Of a stretch of 56,105 bases of DNA, positions 9,275 to 21,071 are shown in pieces (the first letter of the stretch is position 1; the number at the start of each line of letters is the position of its first letter). This DNA comes from Chitinophagales bacterium (lineage in GTDB: Bacteria > Bacteroidota > Bacteroidia > Chitinophagales > BACL12), in assembly GCA_046160675.1 (NCBI GenBank), contig JBJXHH010000076.1, forward strand, positions 1 to 56,105, written 5' to 3'. The position numbers and the translations under genes were made by a program. The notes beneath the pieces were generated by a model. That model saw only the letters and a program-made list of their open reading frames with translations, did no database searches and was not told where the DNA came from.

Positions 9275-11011
9275 CTAATCTACATTGTCATGCAGGAAGG
9301 TATTATTCTTTTTGATCTCCAGCCCTTCCTCATCAGTTTGCTCAATTGTGAATTTTGAAAATTGTACTTCATTTGAATGGGGGGTGTCTTTTAATTCAAC
9401 TTCTCTTCGCATATATGCTGGCACCTTTTCCAATTCTTCCAGATTATTTAATTTCATGCTCATAGATTTCAAACGCTTCACCCGGTCATCTTCTGCTTTA
9501 TTTATGTGATCCAGCTTGTCCTGATTTCTCATAAAATTATTTTCAGAAGTTTTGGCCACAGGTATCAAATCTTCTTTTGCTTTTTCTTGAATTGGTTCTG
9601 GTTTAATATCTCCTGAATCCCTTTTTATTGTAAACTCAACTTCCTGTTTTGGCTCTTCAAAGGATTCCTGTTGGGCAACAACTTCTGTTAGCGGAGTATC
9701 ATTCACAACATCCTCAATCTTAATGCTTGACGTTTCAAGCACAGACTGCTCATCCTCATGAATAACCTTCTGTTCCGGGGTTTCAGTGGGCTGTTCAATT
9801 TCTTTTTTCTCTAACCCCAATAATTCATTACTGAAATTAAAAGTGAATTGTTTTGGATCTTCTTTTACAGTTTTTTTCAAGTCTTCCTTTTGTTCAGAAA
9901 AAAGTTCTGTTCTTTTTTCCTGCTTCCCTTCCATCACATCAACATTTACAGTTGCATTATTTACAGTTGCCTGTTTTTTTTGTTTTGAATATTCATTTGC
10001 ATCAACATGACTTACGACAACTTTTTTGGATTTCTCTCTCACCTTTCGTTGTTCCTCAGTTTCAAAACCCGTTGCAATTACTGTTACCAGTAAATTATTG
10101 CCAATGCTATCATCTGTACAGTTGCCCCAAATTATATCACAATCATTGCCTGAAGCCATCTGGACAAATTCTGTTATTTCAGAAATTTCATCCATCAGAA
10201 CTGGTTCGGTTCCAGAGGTGATATTTAATAAAATACTTTTAGCTCCACGAATATCATTATCATTCAACAGCGGTGATTCCAATGCAGCTTTTACTGCATT
10301 TAATGACCTGTCTTGTCCACTAGCCTTGCCGCTTCCCATGATTGCAAGCCCGCTGTCTCGCAAAACTGTTTTTACATCTTCAAAGTCTACATTAATATAA
10401 CCGGGTACAGTAATGATTTCAGCAATTCCTTTTGCGGCTGTTGTAAGAATATCATCTGCATGTGCAAAAGCCTCATTCCAGGGAAGATTCCCGTAAATTT
10501 CTCTCAACTTATCATTTGAAATAATAAGAATTGCATCAACATTTTTTTTCAGTTCTTCTAAACCGTCATATGCTTGTGATTTTCTACGCTTACCTTCAAA
10601 GTTAAAGGGTAAGGTAACTATGCCGATAGTAAGAATGCCCATCTCTCTTGCTGTCTTGGCAATAACCGGCGCACCGCCAGTTCCTGTTCCGCCTCCCATA
10701 CCCGCAGTTATAAAAACCATCTCTGTATTTTTCTCCAAAATACCTTTCAGCTCTTGTAAACTTTCCATGGTGGCTTCACGGCCCATGTGTGGATGGGAGC
10801 CTGCCCCCCTTCCCTTTGTGAGGCTTGGGCCAAGTTGAACTTTCACAGGGATGGAACTCATTTCAAGTACCTGAGAGTCCGTGTTACAGATAATAAAATT
10901 TACATCCTTTATTCCTTGTTCAAACATGTGATTTACGGCATTGCAGCCACCGCCACCAACGCCGATGACTTTTATGATTGAACTTTGTTCTTTGGGCAAA
11001 TCAAAATACAT
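9275..11011 (-). CDS. ftsZ: Cell division protein FtsZ (long acidic linker)
   Basis: GVGGGGCNAV, GMGGGTGTG tubulin signature, INVDFEDV; Bacteroidota-type C-terminus PAYMRR...NTFLHDNVD. Confidence 0.98.
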   Translation of the reverse strand: MYFDLPKEQSSIIKVIGVGGGGCNAVNHMFEQGIKDVNFIICNTDSQVLEMSSIPVKVQLGPSLTKGRGAGSHPHMGREATMESLQELKGILEKNTEMVFITAGMGGGTGTGGAPVIAKTAREMGILTIGIVTLPFNFEGKRRKSQAYDGLEELKKNVDAILIISNDKLREIYGNLPWNEAFAHADDILTTAAKGIAEIITVPGYINVDFEDVKTVLRDSGLAIMGSGKASGQDRSLNAVKAALESPLLNDNDIRGAKSILLNITSGTEPVLMDEISEITEFVQMASGNDCDIIWGNCTDDSIGNNLLVTVIATGFETEEQRKVREKSKKVVVSHVDANEYSKQKKQATVNNATVNVDVMEGKQEKRTELFSEQKEDLKKTVKEDPKQFTFNFSNELLGLEKKEIEQPTETPEQKVIHEDEQSVLETSSIKIEDVVNDTPLTEVVAQQESFEEPKQEVEFTIKRDSGDIKPEPIQEKAKEDLIPVAKTSENNFMRNQDKLDHINKAEDDRVKRLKSMSMKLNNLEELEKVPAYMRREVELKDTPHSNEVQFSKFTIEQTDEEGLEIKKNNTFLHDNVD

Positions 11012-11044
11012 GATAGATGTTTTGGTTGATGTTTTAAGGATTGG

Positions 11045-12415
11045 TTATTTAAAATCAGAAACTTCGTCTTCTTCAAACCATTTCTTTGTGTTTGATAAGA
11101 TATTATTAAACCAACTTGTTTTGTCTTTTTTATATGAATTTGAAATATCACTGTGGGCTGCTATGTTTTCATGCAACACATTTTCAGATTGTTCGGAAGC
11201 ACCTTCTTCTCTCTTTTCCATAGAAACCTGGGAAAGGCTCTCTGCTAATTGTTCTTCATAATTCCTGTCATCATTCCCTTTCAGGATCAATCCTACACCA
11301 GTTGCATACATTGGGTGACGGATCTCTTCAAATTGGGTTTTTGTAAGATGCTCAGTCGGGTAACCTACTCTGGCATCTAATCCACTGATGTATTCTACTA
11401 ACTGAACAATGTGTTTCAACTGGGCGCCCCCGCCTGTAACTACAATTCCTCCGATCAGTTTTTTCGCATAACCGCTCATGCGGATCTCATGATACACATG
11501 TTCAAGTATCTCTTCCATTCTTGCCTGAATGATCTTTGCAAGATTCTCCACTCTAATTTCTTTCGGCTCCCTTCCTTTCAATCCGCTAATGGAAATAATT
11601 TCATTTTCTGCTGTTTCAGTTGCGAGAGCACATCCGAATTTCACTTTCAGAAGTTCTGCCTGGTTGCGCATAATCATACAGCCTTCCTTAATATCTTCTG
11701 TGATGATGTTTCCACCGAGTGGTATTACAGCTGTATGACGAATAATTCCTTCTTTAAAAATTGCAATGTCTGTTGTACCACCACCAATATCCACCAAAGC
11801 AACACCCGCTTCTTTTTCTTCATCACTTAAAACAGATGATGCTGATGCAAGTGGTTCGAGTATAAGATCAAGTACTTTCAAACCTGCTTTCTCAACACAT
11901 TTAAAGATATTTTTTGCTGCAGCAATCTGCCCGGTGATGATATGAAAATTCGCTTCAAGCCGAACACCGTTCATACCGATTGGGTCTTTTACATCAGGTT
12001 CGCCATCAACAATAAATTCTTGAGGAAGCACATGAATGATCCTATCACCAGGAGGGAGAACGATCTTATGCATGTTTTGCACCAGGCGATCAATATCTTC
12101 CTGGGCAATTTCCGTTTCAAGATCTTCTCTTGTAATAATGTCTCTGTGTTGTAAGCTTTTTATATGTTGCCCTGCAATCCCGACGTAAACCTCAGAAATT
12201 TTTACCCCGCTTTTAGTTTCGGCTTCTTTCACGGCAAGTTTTATTGCTTCCACTGTTTTATCAATGTTAGCAACTACTCCTCTCATCACCCCGAAAGAGT
12301 CTGCTTTTCCCATGCCGAGCACTTCAATTTTTCCATGCTCATTCATACGGCCTACAATAGCACAAATTTTTGTGGTGCCGATATCAAGTCCTGTAATAAT
12401 GCGATTCATATTCAT
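11045..12415 (-). CDS. ftsA: Cell division protein FtsA
   Basis: GLDIGTTKI, VDIGGGTTD, VTGGGA actin-like motifs; dcw position. Confidence 0.97.
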   Translation of the reverse strand: MNMNRIITGLDIGTTKICAIVGRMNEHGKIEVLGMGKADSFGVMRGVVANIDKTVEAIKLAVKEAETKSGVKISEVYVGIAGQHIKSLQHRDIITREDLETEIAQEDIDRLVQNMHKIVLPPGDRIIHVLPQEFIVDGEPDVKDPIGMNGVRLEANFHIITGQIAAAKNIFKCVEKAGLKVLDLILEPLASASSVLSDEEKEAGVALVDIGGGTTDIAIFKEGIIRHTAVIPLGGNIITEDIKEGCMIMRNQAELLKVKFGCALATETAENEIISISGLKGREPKEIRVENLAKIIQARMEEILEHVYHEIRMSGYAKKLIGGIVVTGGGAQLKHIVQLVEYISGLDARVGYPTEHLTKTQFEEIRHPMYATGVGLILKGNDDRNYEEQLAESLSQVSMEKREEGASEQSENVLHENIAAHSDISNSYKKDKTSWFNNILSNTKKWFEEDEVSDFK

Positions 12416-12418
12416 AGT

Positions 12419-13201
12419 TTACAAAGTATCTTTTTTTGTACAATACACCTGATTCAGAATAGAAACATTCACTGTTTTATATTTATTCCAGCCTATATAA
12501 CTCAATCCTTCGTTGTAGAATGTTTCAAGGTTTTTAAATTTTAGCTGCATATTCTCTATATCCCCAAACTCAATTATGAAATCACCCACCATCGGTACTA
12601 AATCAAATTCTTTTTTCTCATTTACGAAGATCTGCTCTATTTGCGCCTTCCAAACCTCATCACTGCTAAAGAACATAACCAGGCGTAAAGCATCCTGTAA
12701 CGTTTTTGAACTTATATCTTCACTTGAACTTAGCCCTTCTTCTATATTTCCAGAAATCACTGGTACTCTGCAGGTAAATTTATTGTTAAGAGGAAACTTG
12801 GCGCTGCTTTCAGTGATATAATAATGCACACCAAACTTGTTAATAACCCTTGCTACAGGCTGCTTCTGAACAATTTGGATATGAAGTGTTCCCTGCATAT
12901 CCAAAAAAGATTCTGCATCTTGTACGTACATATTCTTCTCTAAAATTTCTTCTACATGTTCCAATGAGATATTTGAAATATTATCACCTTTCAAACTATC
13001 CCCTAATTGATTCATGAGTATTTCTTTTACATCAACATCATCAAGAAACAAAATACCCTGCGATTGATCTATTCGCACATCGATATTTGCGCATGCCTGA
13101 TTCTTCTGCTCGTTTGAGCTAAAAGCCATAAGAAGTATAACTCCGGTAACTGAAATTACAAGAAGCAGCAGCATGGAAATTTTTGCCAGTTTCTTTTTCA
13201 A
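12419..13201 (-). CDS. ftsQ: Cell division protein FtsQ/DivIB
   Basis: Single N-terminal TM plus POTRA-like region (QKQPVARVI); lies between murC and ftsA. Confidence 0.88.
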   Translation of the reverse strand: MKKKLAKISMLLLLVISVTGVILLMAFSSNEQKNQACANIDVRIDQSQGILFLDDVDVKEILMNQLGDSLKGDNISNISLEHVEEILEKNMYVQDAESFLDMQGTLHIQIVQKQPVARVINKFGVHYYITESSAKFPLNNKFTCRVPVISGNIEEGLSSSEDISSKTLQDALRLVMFFSSDEVWKAQIEQIFVNEKKEFDLVPMVGDFIIEFGDIENMQLKFKNLETFYNEGLSYIGWNKYKTVNVSILNQVYCTKKDTL

Positions 13202-14550
13202 GCTTTTGTTTTTTGTTTCAGAATTTCTGTAATTGGTTTCACTAACTTATCAATGTCGCCCGCTCCTATTGTACACAAGACTTCAAATTTACCCTCCTTC
13301 ATCATGCTAAGTAATTCCTCTTTTGTTAATAACTTTTTGTTTTCGTTTTTTATGAGGTCGAAAATTATTTTCGTAGTAACTCCCTCAATTGGTTCTTCCC
13401 TTGCAGGATAAATCGGTAAGAGGATAATTTCATCTGCAATGTCCATGCTGGCGGCAAAGCCCACTTTCAGGTCCCTGGTCCGGGTGTAGAGATGCGGCTG
13501 AAAAACTGCTGTGACTTTTTTATCAGGATAAATCTTTTTTACACTTGATAAAAACATGCGAATTTCTTCCGGGTGATGTGCATAGTCATCAATAAAAATT
13601 GTAGAACCATCATTGTACATTATTTCAAATCTTCTTTTCACACCGATGAATTCATTCAAGGCTGCAGAGATTTCCACCTTATTTATCCCCAACAGGAGTG
13701 CTACTGAAGCCGCAGCAATTGAATTTTCAATATTGTGAATGCCGGGATAAGAAAGTTTGTAGCGGATGCCATTATTCAGTTCCACTTCGCTAAACTGGGT
13801 AGTAAGTTTCCAGGATTTAGCGAACAGATGAGCCGAAGAATTATCCAACGCATATTTCCAAACTTTTCCCTTTATTTTTTTCAAAATCGGGAGGTCATAT
13901 TTTGCAACTAATGTTCCGCCCGCCTTTATTTTGTTTGCAAATTCAGCAAATGTCTCTTCAATTGCCTCTTGTGATCCGTAAATCTCAAGATGGTCAGAAT
14001 CTGTAGCGGTTATCACCGCAATGTCGGGAGTAAGTTGTAAAAAGGAACGGTCAAATTCATCTGCTTCAGCAATTAGCACATCATTATTGCCAGCAACGAA
14101 ATTTGAATTGAAATTTGAACTGATTCCCCCTAGGAATGCTGAACAATCGTACCCGGAATGTTTAAGGATCCATGCAATCATACTGCTTACTGTTGTTTTT
14201 CCGTGAGAGCCACCAACTGCAATCGTAAATTTATTTTCACTCAACAGGCCAAGTACCTTACTGCGTTTTAGCACTGTATAATTGTTGTTAATATAAAAAT
14301 TATATTCAGCATGCGTTTTAGGAATTGCAGGTGTAAATACGATAAGCTCAGCATCTTTGTCAATTAATGCAACGTTGTCTTCAAAATGAATATGAATGCC
14401 CTCTTGCATTAACTGGACTGTTAGTTCAGTTTGGGTTCTATCGTATCCATTTACTTCACAACCCTTCTGTTTGAAATACCTCGCCAGTGCTGACATTCCT
14501 ATGCCGCCTATACCAATAAAATAGACCCTATGTATATGGTTAATATCCAT
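13198..14550 (-). CDS. murC: UDP-N-acetylmuramate--L-alanine ligase
   Basis: GIGGIGMSALA, GSHGKTT, EADEFDRSFL, DDYAHHP. Confidence 0.97.
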   Translation of the reverse strand: MDINHIHRVYFIGIGGIGMSALARYFKQKGCEVNGYDRTQTELTVQLMQEGIHIHFEDNVALIDKDAELIVFTPAIPKTHAEYNFYINNNYTVLKRSKVLGLLSENKFTIAVGGSHGKTTVSSMIAWILKHSGYDCSAFLGGISSNFNSNFVAGNNDVLIAEADEFDRSFLQLTPDIAVITATDSDHLEIYGSQEAIEETFAEFANKIKAGGTLVAKYDLPILKKIKGKVWKYALDNSSAHLFAKSWKLTTQFSEVELNNGIRYKLSYPGIHNIENSIAAASVALLLGINKVEISAALNEFIGVKRRFEIMYNDGSTIFIDDYAHHPEEIRMFLSSVKKIYPDKKVTAVFQPHLYTRTRDLKVGFAASMDIADEIILLPIYPAREEPIEGVTTKIIFDLIKNENKKLLTKEELLSMMKEGKFEVLCTIGAGDIDKLVKPITEILKQKTKA

Positions 14551-15651
14551 TTATTGTTCAACAAGTTTTAACACTTCATCAACTATTCTTTCTGCCGCAT
14601 CAGCAATCGCAAATGATTTAATGTTTTCAGCTAATTCTTTCTTTTTAGTTTCGCTATTCATCAAGTCAATTACAACAGGTATGAGTTTAGCGGGTGCGTC
14701 TTTATCGCTTATATGTATTGCAGCATTTCCGTGTACCAATGCCATGGCATTTTTTGTTTGATGATCTTCTGCTGCAAATGGAAATGGTACAAGAATTACT
14801 GGTTTGCCGACAAGACATAACTCAGAAATTGCGATTGCTCCGGCCCTTGAAATGATAACATCTGCTGCTGCATATGCATGGTCAATATTACTTATGAAAT
14901 CAAGTACACGAATGTTATTATAACCTTTTGCGGCTTGCTTGCATTCATGAAACATACTTGCTCCTGTTTGCCAAATGACATGGATATTTGCATCTTTCAT
15001 TTTCTGCAAATTGCCTTTCATGCAGTTATTTAAGGTTCTACTTCCCAAACTTCCTCCAATAATCAGCAATACTTTTTCCGCAATATCAATATCAAAATCT
15101 TTTCTTGCCTTTTCAGTCTTCACATTGCACAAAATAATATGTTGCCTTACCGGGTTTCCTGTTTTCACAATTTTCTCAGCAGGAAAATATTCCTCCATAC
15201 CGTCATAAGCCACACATATTTTTTTTGCTCTGCGGGATAAAATATTGTTCGTTACCCCAGGGTAGGAATTTTGTTCCTGAATAAGCGCAGGTATTTTATT
15301 TCTGATGGCAGCGTTTATTGCAGGGCCGCTTGCAAAACCGCCAGTACCAATGGCTATAGCAGGTTTAAAACTCCTGACGATACGCCCCGCTTTAAAATAA
15401 CTAGCTATCAATTTTACGGGGAACATCAGGTTTCTTGCGTCAAAGCTCCTGTGAAATCCGCTTATCCAAAGACCCTCAATAGGATACCCTGCAGAGGGAA
15501 CTTTTTGCATTTCCATTTTGCCTTGTGCACCAACAAACAAAATATTAGCATTGGGTTTCCTCCTTTTGATCTCATTCGCAATTGCTATTGCAGGAAAGAT
15601 ATGTCCACCTGTTCCGCCGCCGCTTATTAATATGTTTAGTTGTTTATTCAA
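14551..15651 (-). CDS. murG: Lipid II GlcNAc transferase MurG
   Basis: GGGTGGHIFP, EQNSYPG, GNPVR, GGSLGS, HQTKNA; TTG start. Confidence 0.97.
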   Translation of the reverse strand: MNKQLNILISGGGTGGHIFPAIAIANEIKRRKPNANILFVGAQGKMEMQKVPSAGYPIEGLWISGFHRSFDARNLMFPVKLIASYFKAGRIVRSFKPAIAIGTGGFASGPAINAAIRNKIPALIQEQNSYPGVTNNILSRRAKKICVAYDGMEEYFPAEKIVKTGNPVRQHIILCNVKTEKARKDFDIDIAEKVLLIIGGSLGSRTLNNCMKGNLQKMKDANIHVIWQTGASMFHECKQAAKGYNNIRVLDFISNIDHAYAAADVIISRAGAIAISELCLVGKPVILVPFPFAAEDHQTKNAMALVHGNAAIHISDKDAPAKLIPVVIDLMNSETKKKELAENIKSFAIADAAERIVDEVLKLVEQ

Positions 15652-15668
15652 TGAAAGGAATAATGTTC

Positions 15669-16892
15669 TTAAGCTACTTTCTTTTCGTTTATTATTTCTG
15701 TTTCTAAGTTTTCCTCATCATCCTCACTCATCGCATTTCTGCTATTTTCTTTTTCCTCATTAAGGTCTGCTTCTCTGCTTACACTCAAGATAATTCCGAT
15801 GCTGATACTTGTAAACCAAAGTGATGTTCCCCCCATGCTCACTAAAGGCAGTGTTAAACCTGTTGTTGGTAAGAGATGAGTAGCAACTCCCATGTTAATT
15901 AATGCCTGGATGGTGAGGCTCATTCCGAGTCCGGCTGCTAGGAGTGCCCCAAAACTACTTGGAGCTTTTTTCACAATATTGATGGAACGATATAATAATG
16001 CGAGGTATAAGAAAATGAGAAACAAGGCGCCAATCATCCCATACTCTTCTATTATGGTTGCAAAAATAAAATCAGAATATGCAAAGGGTAAAAAATCTTT
16101 CTGTGTAGAATTTCCCGGGCCAACTCCCAGAATTCCACCTTTGGCAATCGCAATCTTCGCCTGGTTTACCTGGTAATCTTCTTCTCCTCCGCCATGCACA
16201 AAATTTTCCATTCTACTTTGCCATGTGCCCAGCCTTCCTACTTGCGGAAATGCATAAGACATTACGATGATCAAACCAATTAATAAAATTCCACCAGCGA
16301 TTGTATAGGATATATATTTAAAATTTACCCTGCCAATGAACATAAGTAAGATGCATGTGAAAAATAATACGGCTGCAGTAGAAAAGTTTTCTGGAAATAT
16401 CAATGCACAAATTACTACAGGTGGCAAAATGATAGGAACAAATGCTTCCTTGAAACTTTTTATGTTATCCTGTTTTTTAGAAAGCATTCTGGCAGTGTAC
16501 ATAATCAATGCAAACCGTCCAAGGTCGCTTGTTTGAAATGTAAGGTTGATAACCGGTAGTTTTATCCAACGGGCAGCATCATTAACATCAGCTGCAAAAA
16601 ACAATGTATACAGCAACAACGGGACGGAAAGAAAAACCAATACCTGGGATATTCTTGAATAATATTTATAAGGAATCAGGTGGCATAAGTACATCAGGAA
16701 AATTCCAAAAAATAAAATTGAAGTATGTTTGATCAAATAATATTCAGTGTTACCTCCCTGGCTACTGAAAGCCAAACTCCTTGTGCTGGAGTACACCGCA
16801 AGAATGCTGAACACTGACAAAGCAAATACAATGAACCAAATATACCGGTCTCCTTTTATTTTGCTCAGCAGAAATTGCATGGAATTAGTCAT
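15669..16892 (-). CDS. ftsW: SEDS peptidoglycan glycosyltransferase FtsW
   Basis: Multi-TM; RWI...FQTSD, SDFIFATIIEEYG, GLTLPLVSMGGTS. Confidence 0.95.
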   Translation of the reverse strand: MTNSMQFLLSKIKGDRYIWFIVFALSVFSILAVYSSTRSLAFSSQGGNTEYYLIKHTSILFFGIFLMYLCHLIPYKYYSRISQVLVFLSVPLLLYTLFFAADVNDAARWIKLPVINLTFQTSDLGRFALIMYTARMLSKKQDNIKSFKEAFVPIILPPVVICALIFPENFSTAAVLFFTCILLMFIGRVNFKYISYTIAGGILLIGLIIVMSYAFPQVGRLGTWQSRMENFVHGGGEEDYQVNQAKIAIAKGGILGVGPGNSTQKDFLPFAYSDFIFATIIEEYGMIGALFLIFLYLALLYRSINIVKKAPSSFGALLAAGLGMSLTIQALINMGVATHLLPTTGLTLPLVSMGGTSLWFTSISIGIILSVSREADLNEEKENSRNAMSEDDEENLETEIINEKKVA

Positions 16893-16963
16893 ATATGTTC
16901 AAGTTTTTATTTTGGATCCAAGGTTATGTTTCATTTAACATCCTATACTTTACACTTTCAACT

Positions 16964-18301
16964 TTATAATTCTCTCACTTTTTGTTTAAACTGGTTTCCC
17001 CTGTCTTCATAGTTTTCAAAAAGGTCAAAGGATGCGCAGGCAGGAGATAATAAAACAACATCGCCGTTTTTTCCCAGACGATATGCCATTTGCACCGCAT
17101 CTTCCATACTTTCCGTGTTAATAATCATTTCAACTTGTTTTGAAAATGCTTCATGCAGTTTTCTTGTGTCAGTACCCAGACAAACTATTGCTTTTACTTT
17201 TTGCTTTACCATTTCGTTCAGTAAAGCATAATCATTTCCTTTATCAACTCCCCCGGCAATCCAAATGATAGGTTCAGACTGGCTTTCTAAAGCATACCAT
17301 GTGCTGTTCACATTTGTGGCTTTTGAATCATTGATAAAAGAAATTCCATGCACCTTGGCTACAAATTCAAGCCTGTGTTCTAATCCTCTGAAATCCATCA
17401 TACTTTCCCGAATGGTTTCACTTTTAATCTCAAGTACATGCCCGGCAATAGCAGCAGCCATGCTGTTGTAGCGATTGTGCTTGCCTTGTAGCGCTAAATC
17501 ATTAATCGTCATTGTAGTTTTGTTTTGGTTGAACTGAATAAATATATTTTCCCCCTGCATCCAGGCGTTTCTTTTTGAATCATCAGCAAGTGTAAATGTC
17601 AATTGGGTTGCATTACAGGTATGTGATTTCATTTCTTCTGTTACAACAGGATCATCTGCGCAATAAATGAAATAATCCTCCGACGTTTGATTCATGGTGA
17701 TCCTGAATTTTGAATCGATATATTTTTCGAACTGATAGTTATAAGAATCCAAATGGTCAGGTGTGATGTTTAACAGAATGGCGATGTAAGGCTTGAAGGT
17801 AATCGCATCATCAAGCTGGAAATTGGAAACTTCAAGAACATAATAATCGTGTTTGCCATTTGCAATCAATTCTGCGAAACTTATCCCTATGTTTCCTCCA
17901 ATAGCTACATTCAGTCCTGCTTTGCTGAGTAAATGATACGTAAGAGATGTGCATGTTGATTTTCCATTGCTTCCCGTTATTGCAACAACTTTTCCTTCAC
18001 AGTATCTCCATGCAAATTCTATTTCGCCTACAACAGGAATGTTTTTCTCCCTCACTTTTTTCATCACTTCAAACTTTTCCTGTACCCCCGGGCTTTTAAT
18101 TATCTCATCTGCAGAAAAAATAACTTCGTAGTTATGATTCCCCTCCTCATAAGAAATTTCTTCAGCATCTAATTTTCTTTTGTACATCTCTTTTATCTTT
18201 CCTTTATCACTAACAAAAACATCATACCCTTTCCGCTTCGCAAGAATGGCTGCACCTGTGCCGCTTTCACCTGAACCGAGTATGACAATCTTTTTCTGCA
18301 T
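16964..18301 (-). CDS. murD: UDP-MurNAc-L-Ala--D-glutamate ligase
   Basis: GSNGKST, NITPDHLD, NDSKATN, LLSPACASFD. Confidence 0.97.
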   Translation of the reverse strand: MQKKIVILGSGESGTGAAILAKRKGYDVFVSDKGKIKEMYKRKLDAEEISYEEGNHNYEVIFSADEIIKSPGVQEKFEVMKKVREKNIPVVGEIEFAWRYCEGKVVAITGSNGKSTCTSLTYHLLSKAGLNVAIGGNIGISFAELIANGKHDYYVLEVSNFQLDDAITFKPYIAILLNITPDHLDSYNYQFEKYIDSKFRITMNQTSEDYFIYCADDPVVTEEMKSHTCNATQLTFTLADDSKRNAWMQGENIFIQFNQNKTTMTINDLALQGKHNRYNSMAAAIAGHVLEIKSETIRESMMDFRGLEHRLEFVAKVHGISFINDSKATNVNSTWYALESQSEPIIWIAGGVDKGNDYALLNEMVKQKVKAIVCLGTDTRKLHEAFSKQVEMIINTESMEDAVQMAYRLGKNGDVVLLSPACASFDLFENYEDRGNQFKQKVREL

Positions 18302-19605
18302 TATCTGACTTTCAGGGTTACGATGGAAATAATTGCTAACAGAATTGTGATGATCCAGAACCGCACAACGATTTTCGTTTCAAACATCCCTTTCTTTTGA
18401 TAGTGATGATGCAATGGGCTCATCAAAAAAATTCTTCTTCCTTCACCGAATTTTCTTTTCGTATATTTGAAATAGGTCACCTGCATCATCACACTTAAAT
18501 TCTCCACTAAAAAAATTCCGCATAAAACCGGAATAAGCAATTCTTTTCGAATTATAATTGCAAGCGATGCGATAACACCTCCCAGTGCAAGACTGCCAGT
18601 ATCGCCCATGAAAACCTGCGCCGGGTAAGCATTATACCATAGGAAACCTACACAAGCACCAATAAATGCCGCTGAAAAAACCACCAACTCACCCGAGTAG
18701 GGTATATACATGATGTTCAAATAATCAGCAAGGATTACGTTACCCGCAACATAACAGAAAATCAAAAGTGTAAGCATGATAAAGGTGGATGTTCCCGCTG
18801 CTAACCCATCCAATCCATCTGTTAAGTTTGCTCCATTTGAAACGGCAGTAATGATGAGGATGATAATCAAAACAAATACAATCGGGAAAACAATTTTCTG
18901 AGTATCATCACTTAAAAAAGAAACCAACCATTCATAATCGAACTCATTGTTTTTAACTAAAGGAATTGTTGACTTGGTTGATCTTGTATCATGTGATAAA
19001 TAATTTGAACTATCCGCATTGAGCATTCCATTACCTTCTAACCTGATACCATTACTGGGGTAAGATTCTACCGGCCTACCGACCGGTTGACCATTCTCTA
19101 CTTCATACACATAAATTGTACTGAAGTCTCTGAGTTTAATATCATCAGAAAAAAATAAAACTAATCCTACAATTAATCCGAGAACTATTTGACCCAGCAA
19201 TTTGAACTTGGCCCGCAAGCCTTCTTTATTCTTTCTAAAAACTTTAATATAATCATCCAGGAATCCAATGCCTCCCATCCAGATGGTAACGATGAGCATG
19301 AGAATAACATAGATGTTTAAAATATCTGCAAATAAAATGGTAGGAATAATTAATGCAAGCAGAATGATAATTCCGCCCATGGTGGGTGTTCCTTTTTTGG
19401 AAAGCTGTCCTTCCAACCCAAGGTCACGAACAGACTCACCAATTTGCTTTTTCTGCAGGTATTTAATAATTCTTTTTCCATACACAATGGAAATTACAAG
19501 TGATAATAACACCGCCATTGCTGCACGGAAGGATAAAAACTCGAATAACCCCGCTCCGGGTATATCGAATTCTCTTTCCAGCCACTGAAATAAATAATAC
19601 AGCAT
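18301..19605 (-). CDS. mraY: Phospho-MurNAc-pentapeptide transferase
   Basis: [37 protein letters not shown]. Confidence 0.97.
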   Translation of the reverse strand: MLYYLFQWLEREFDIPGAGLFEFLSFRAAMAVLLSLVISIVYGKRIIKYLQKKQIGESVRDLGLEGQLSKKGTPTMGGIIILLALIIPTILFADILNIYVILMLIVTIWMGGIGFLDDYIKVFRKNKEGLRAKFKLLGQIVLGLIVGLVLFFSDDIKLRDFSTIYVYEVENGQPVGRPVESYPSNGIRLEGNGMLNADSSNYLSHDTRSTKSTIPLVKNNEFDYEWLVSFLSDDTQKIVFPIVFVLIIILIITAVSNGANLTDGLDGLAAGTSTFIMLTLLIFCYVAGNVILADYLNIMYIPYSGELVVFSAAFIGACVGFLWYNAYPAQVFMGDTGSLALGGVIASLAIIIRKELLIPVLCGIFLVENLSVMMQVTYFKYTKRKFGEGRRIFLMSPLHHHYQKKGMFETKIVVRFWIITILLAIISIVTLKVR

Positions 19606-21071
19606 TATCTTGAAAGGGTTTTAAAGTTTTCTGTCAGAATTTGTTTGTCATCAAATGGGTATTTTACACCCTTGATTTCCTGGTATTTTTCATGTCCTTT
19701 ACCTGCAACAAGAATCACATCACTTTTTTGAGCTAACATCACAGCAGTTTTAATTGCCTCTCTCCTGTCAGTTATTGCAATCACTTTTTTCTCTAAATCA
19801 TTGTCGATTCCGTTTTGCATTTCTGCAATTATTACTTCCGGAATTTCGCTTCTCGGGTTATCTGAAGTGAGAATAGCTTTATCGCTCAATTTTGCGGCAA
19901 CCCTTGCCATTACAGGTCTTTTTGTCTTATCTCTATCACCACCGCAACCGATTACTGTAATTATTTTTTGAGATGATTTTATTGATGAACGGAGTGTTGT
20001 TAAAACTTTTTCAACTGCATCCGGTGTGTGTGCATAATCAATAACACCTGTGAGTGTATCTTGTGTTGAGTATACCACATCAAACCTTCCCTCGACAGGA
20101 GAAAGCTTACTTAATGTTGTAAGTACTTGTTGCTTATCAAAACCAAGAAGCCGTGCAGTTGCATAAACAGCCAGAATATTCCATGTATTAAACTCTCCAA
20201 CTAAAGATGTATGAAATTCTGTCCCGTCTATATGCAAAACAAGGCCTGTGATATTATTTTCATTTATACGGCAGGTAAAATCTCCATTACCTTTTACGGA
20301 ATAGGTATGTTTAGAAGCCTTGCAATTCTGTAACATCACATTTCCCCTTTTGTCATCTGTGTTTATTAATGCAAATGCTTCAGAGCCGAGGCCATCAAAA
20401 AAAGATTTCTTTGCAGCTATGTATTCATCAAATGTTTTATGATAATCGAGATGGTCATGAGAAATATTTGTAAATACAGCTCCGCTAAAATGTAATCCTG
20501 CAATTCTTCTTTGATGAGCCGCATGGCTGCTCACCTCCATAAAAACATAATCACAACCTGCAGAAACCATCTCAGCTAGAAGTTTATTAAGCTGAACTGG
20601 ATCAGGGGTGGTGTGTGTGGCTGAAACCGAGGTTTTGTGAATTTGATTTACAACTGTTGAGAGTAACCCGGTACGGAACCCTAGTTTTTCAAAAAGCTCG
20701 TACAATAAAGTAGCAGTTGTTGTTTTTCCATTCGTGCCTGTGACACCAATCAATTTTAACTGATGAGAAGGTTGGGAAAAAAAATTATGTGCGGCAATAC
20801 CCAATGAAGCCGAAGAGTCTTTTACGGAAATAATAACCGTGTTTTTTCTATCGCCCGAAAATTCTTTTTCGCAAAAAATTGCAGCCGCATTATTCTGAAT
20901 TGCTGTTTCAATGAAATCATGTCCATCTGCATTTGTTCCTTTTACAGCAACAAATAGAGAACCATCTTCCACATTTCGTGAATCTGCAGTAATTGAATGA
21001 ATAGAAATATTCCTGTCTCCGCTTACTGCCGTAAACTGAATGCCCGATAATATGTCGTTTAATTTTTTCAA
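19605..21071 (-). CDS. murE: UDP-MurNAc-tripeptide synthetase (meso-DAP ligase)
   Basis: [25 protein letters not shown] (DAP specificity), AGKGHE. Confidence 0.97.
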   Translation of the reverse strand: MKKLNDILSGIQFTAVSGDRNISIHSITADSRNVEDGSLFVAVKGTNADGHDFIETAIQNNAAAIFCEKEFSGDRKNTVIISVKDSSASLGIAAHNFFSQPSHQLKLIGVTGTNGKTTTATLLYELFEKLGFRTGLLSTVVNQIHKTSVSATHTTPDPVQLNKLLAEMVSAGCDYVFMEVSSHAAHQRRIAGLHFSGAVFTNISHDHLDYHKTFDEYIAAKKSFFDGLGSEAFALINTDDKRGNVMLQNCKASKHTYSVKGNGDFTCRINENNITGLVLHIDGTEFHTSLVGEFNTWNILAVYATARLLGFDKQQVLTTLSKLSPVEGRFDVVYSTQDTLTGVIDYAHTPDAVEKVLTTLRSSIKSSQKIITVIGCGGDRDKTKRPVMARVAAKLSDKAILTSDNPRSEIPEVIIAEMQNGIDNDLEKKVIAITDRREAIKTAVMLAQKSDVILVAGKGHEKYQEIKGVKYPFDDKQILTENFKTLSR

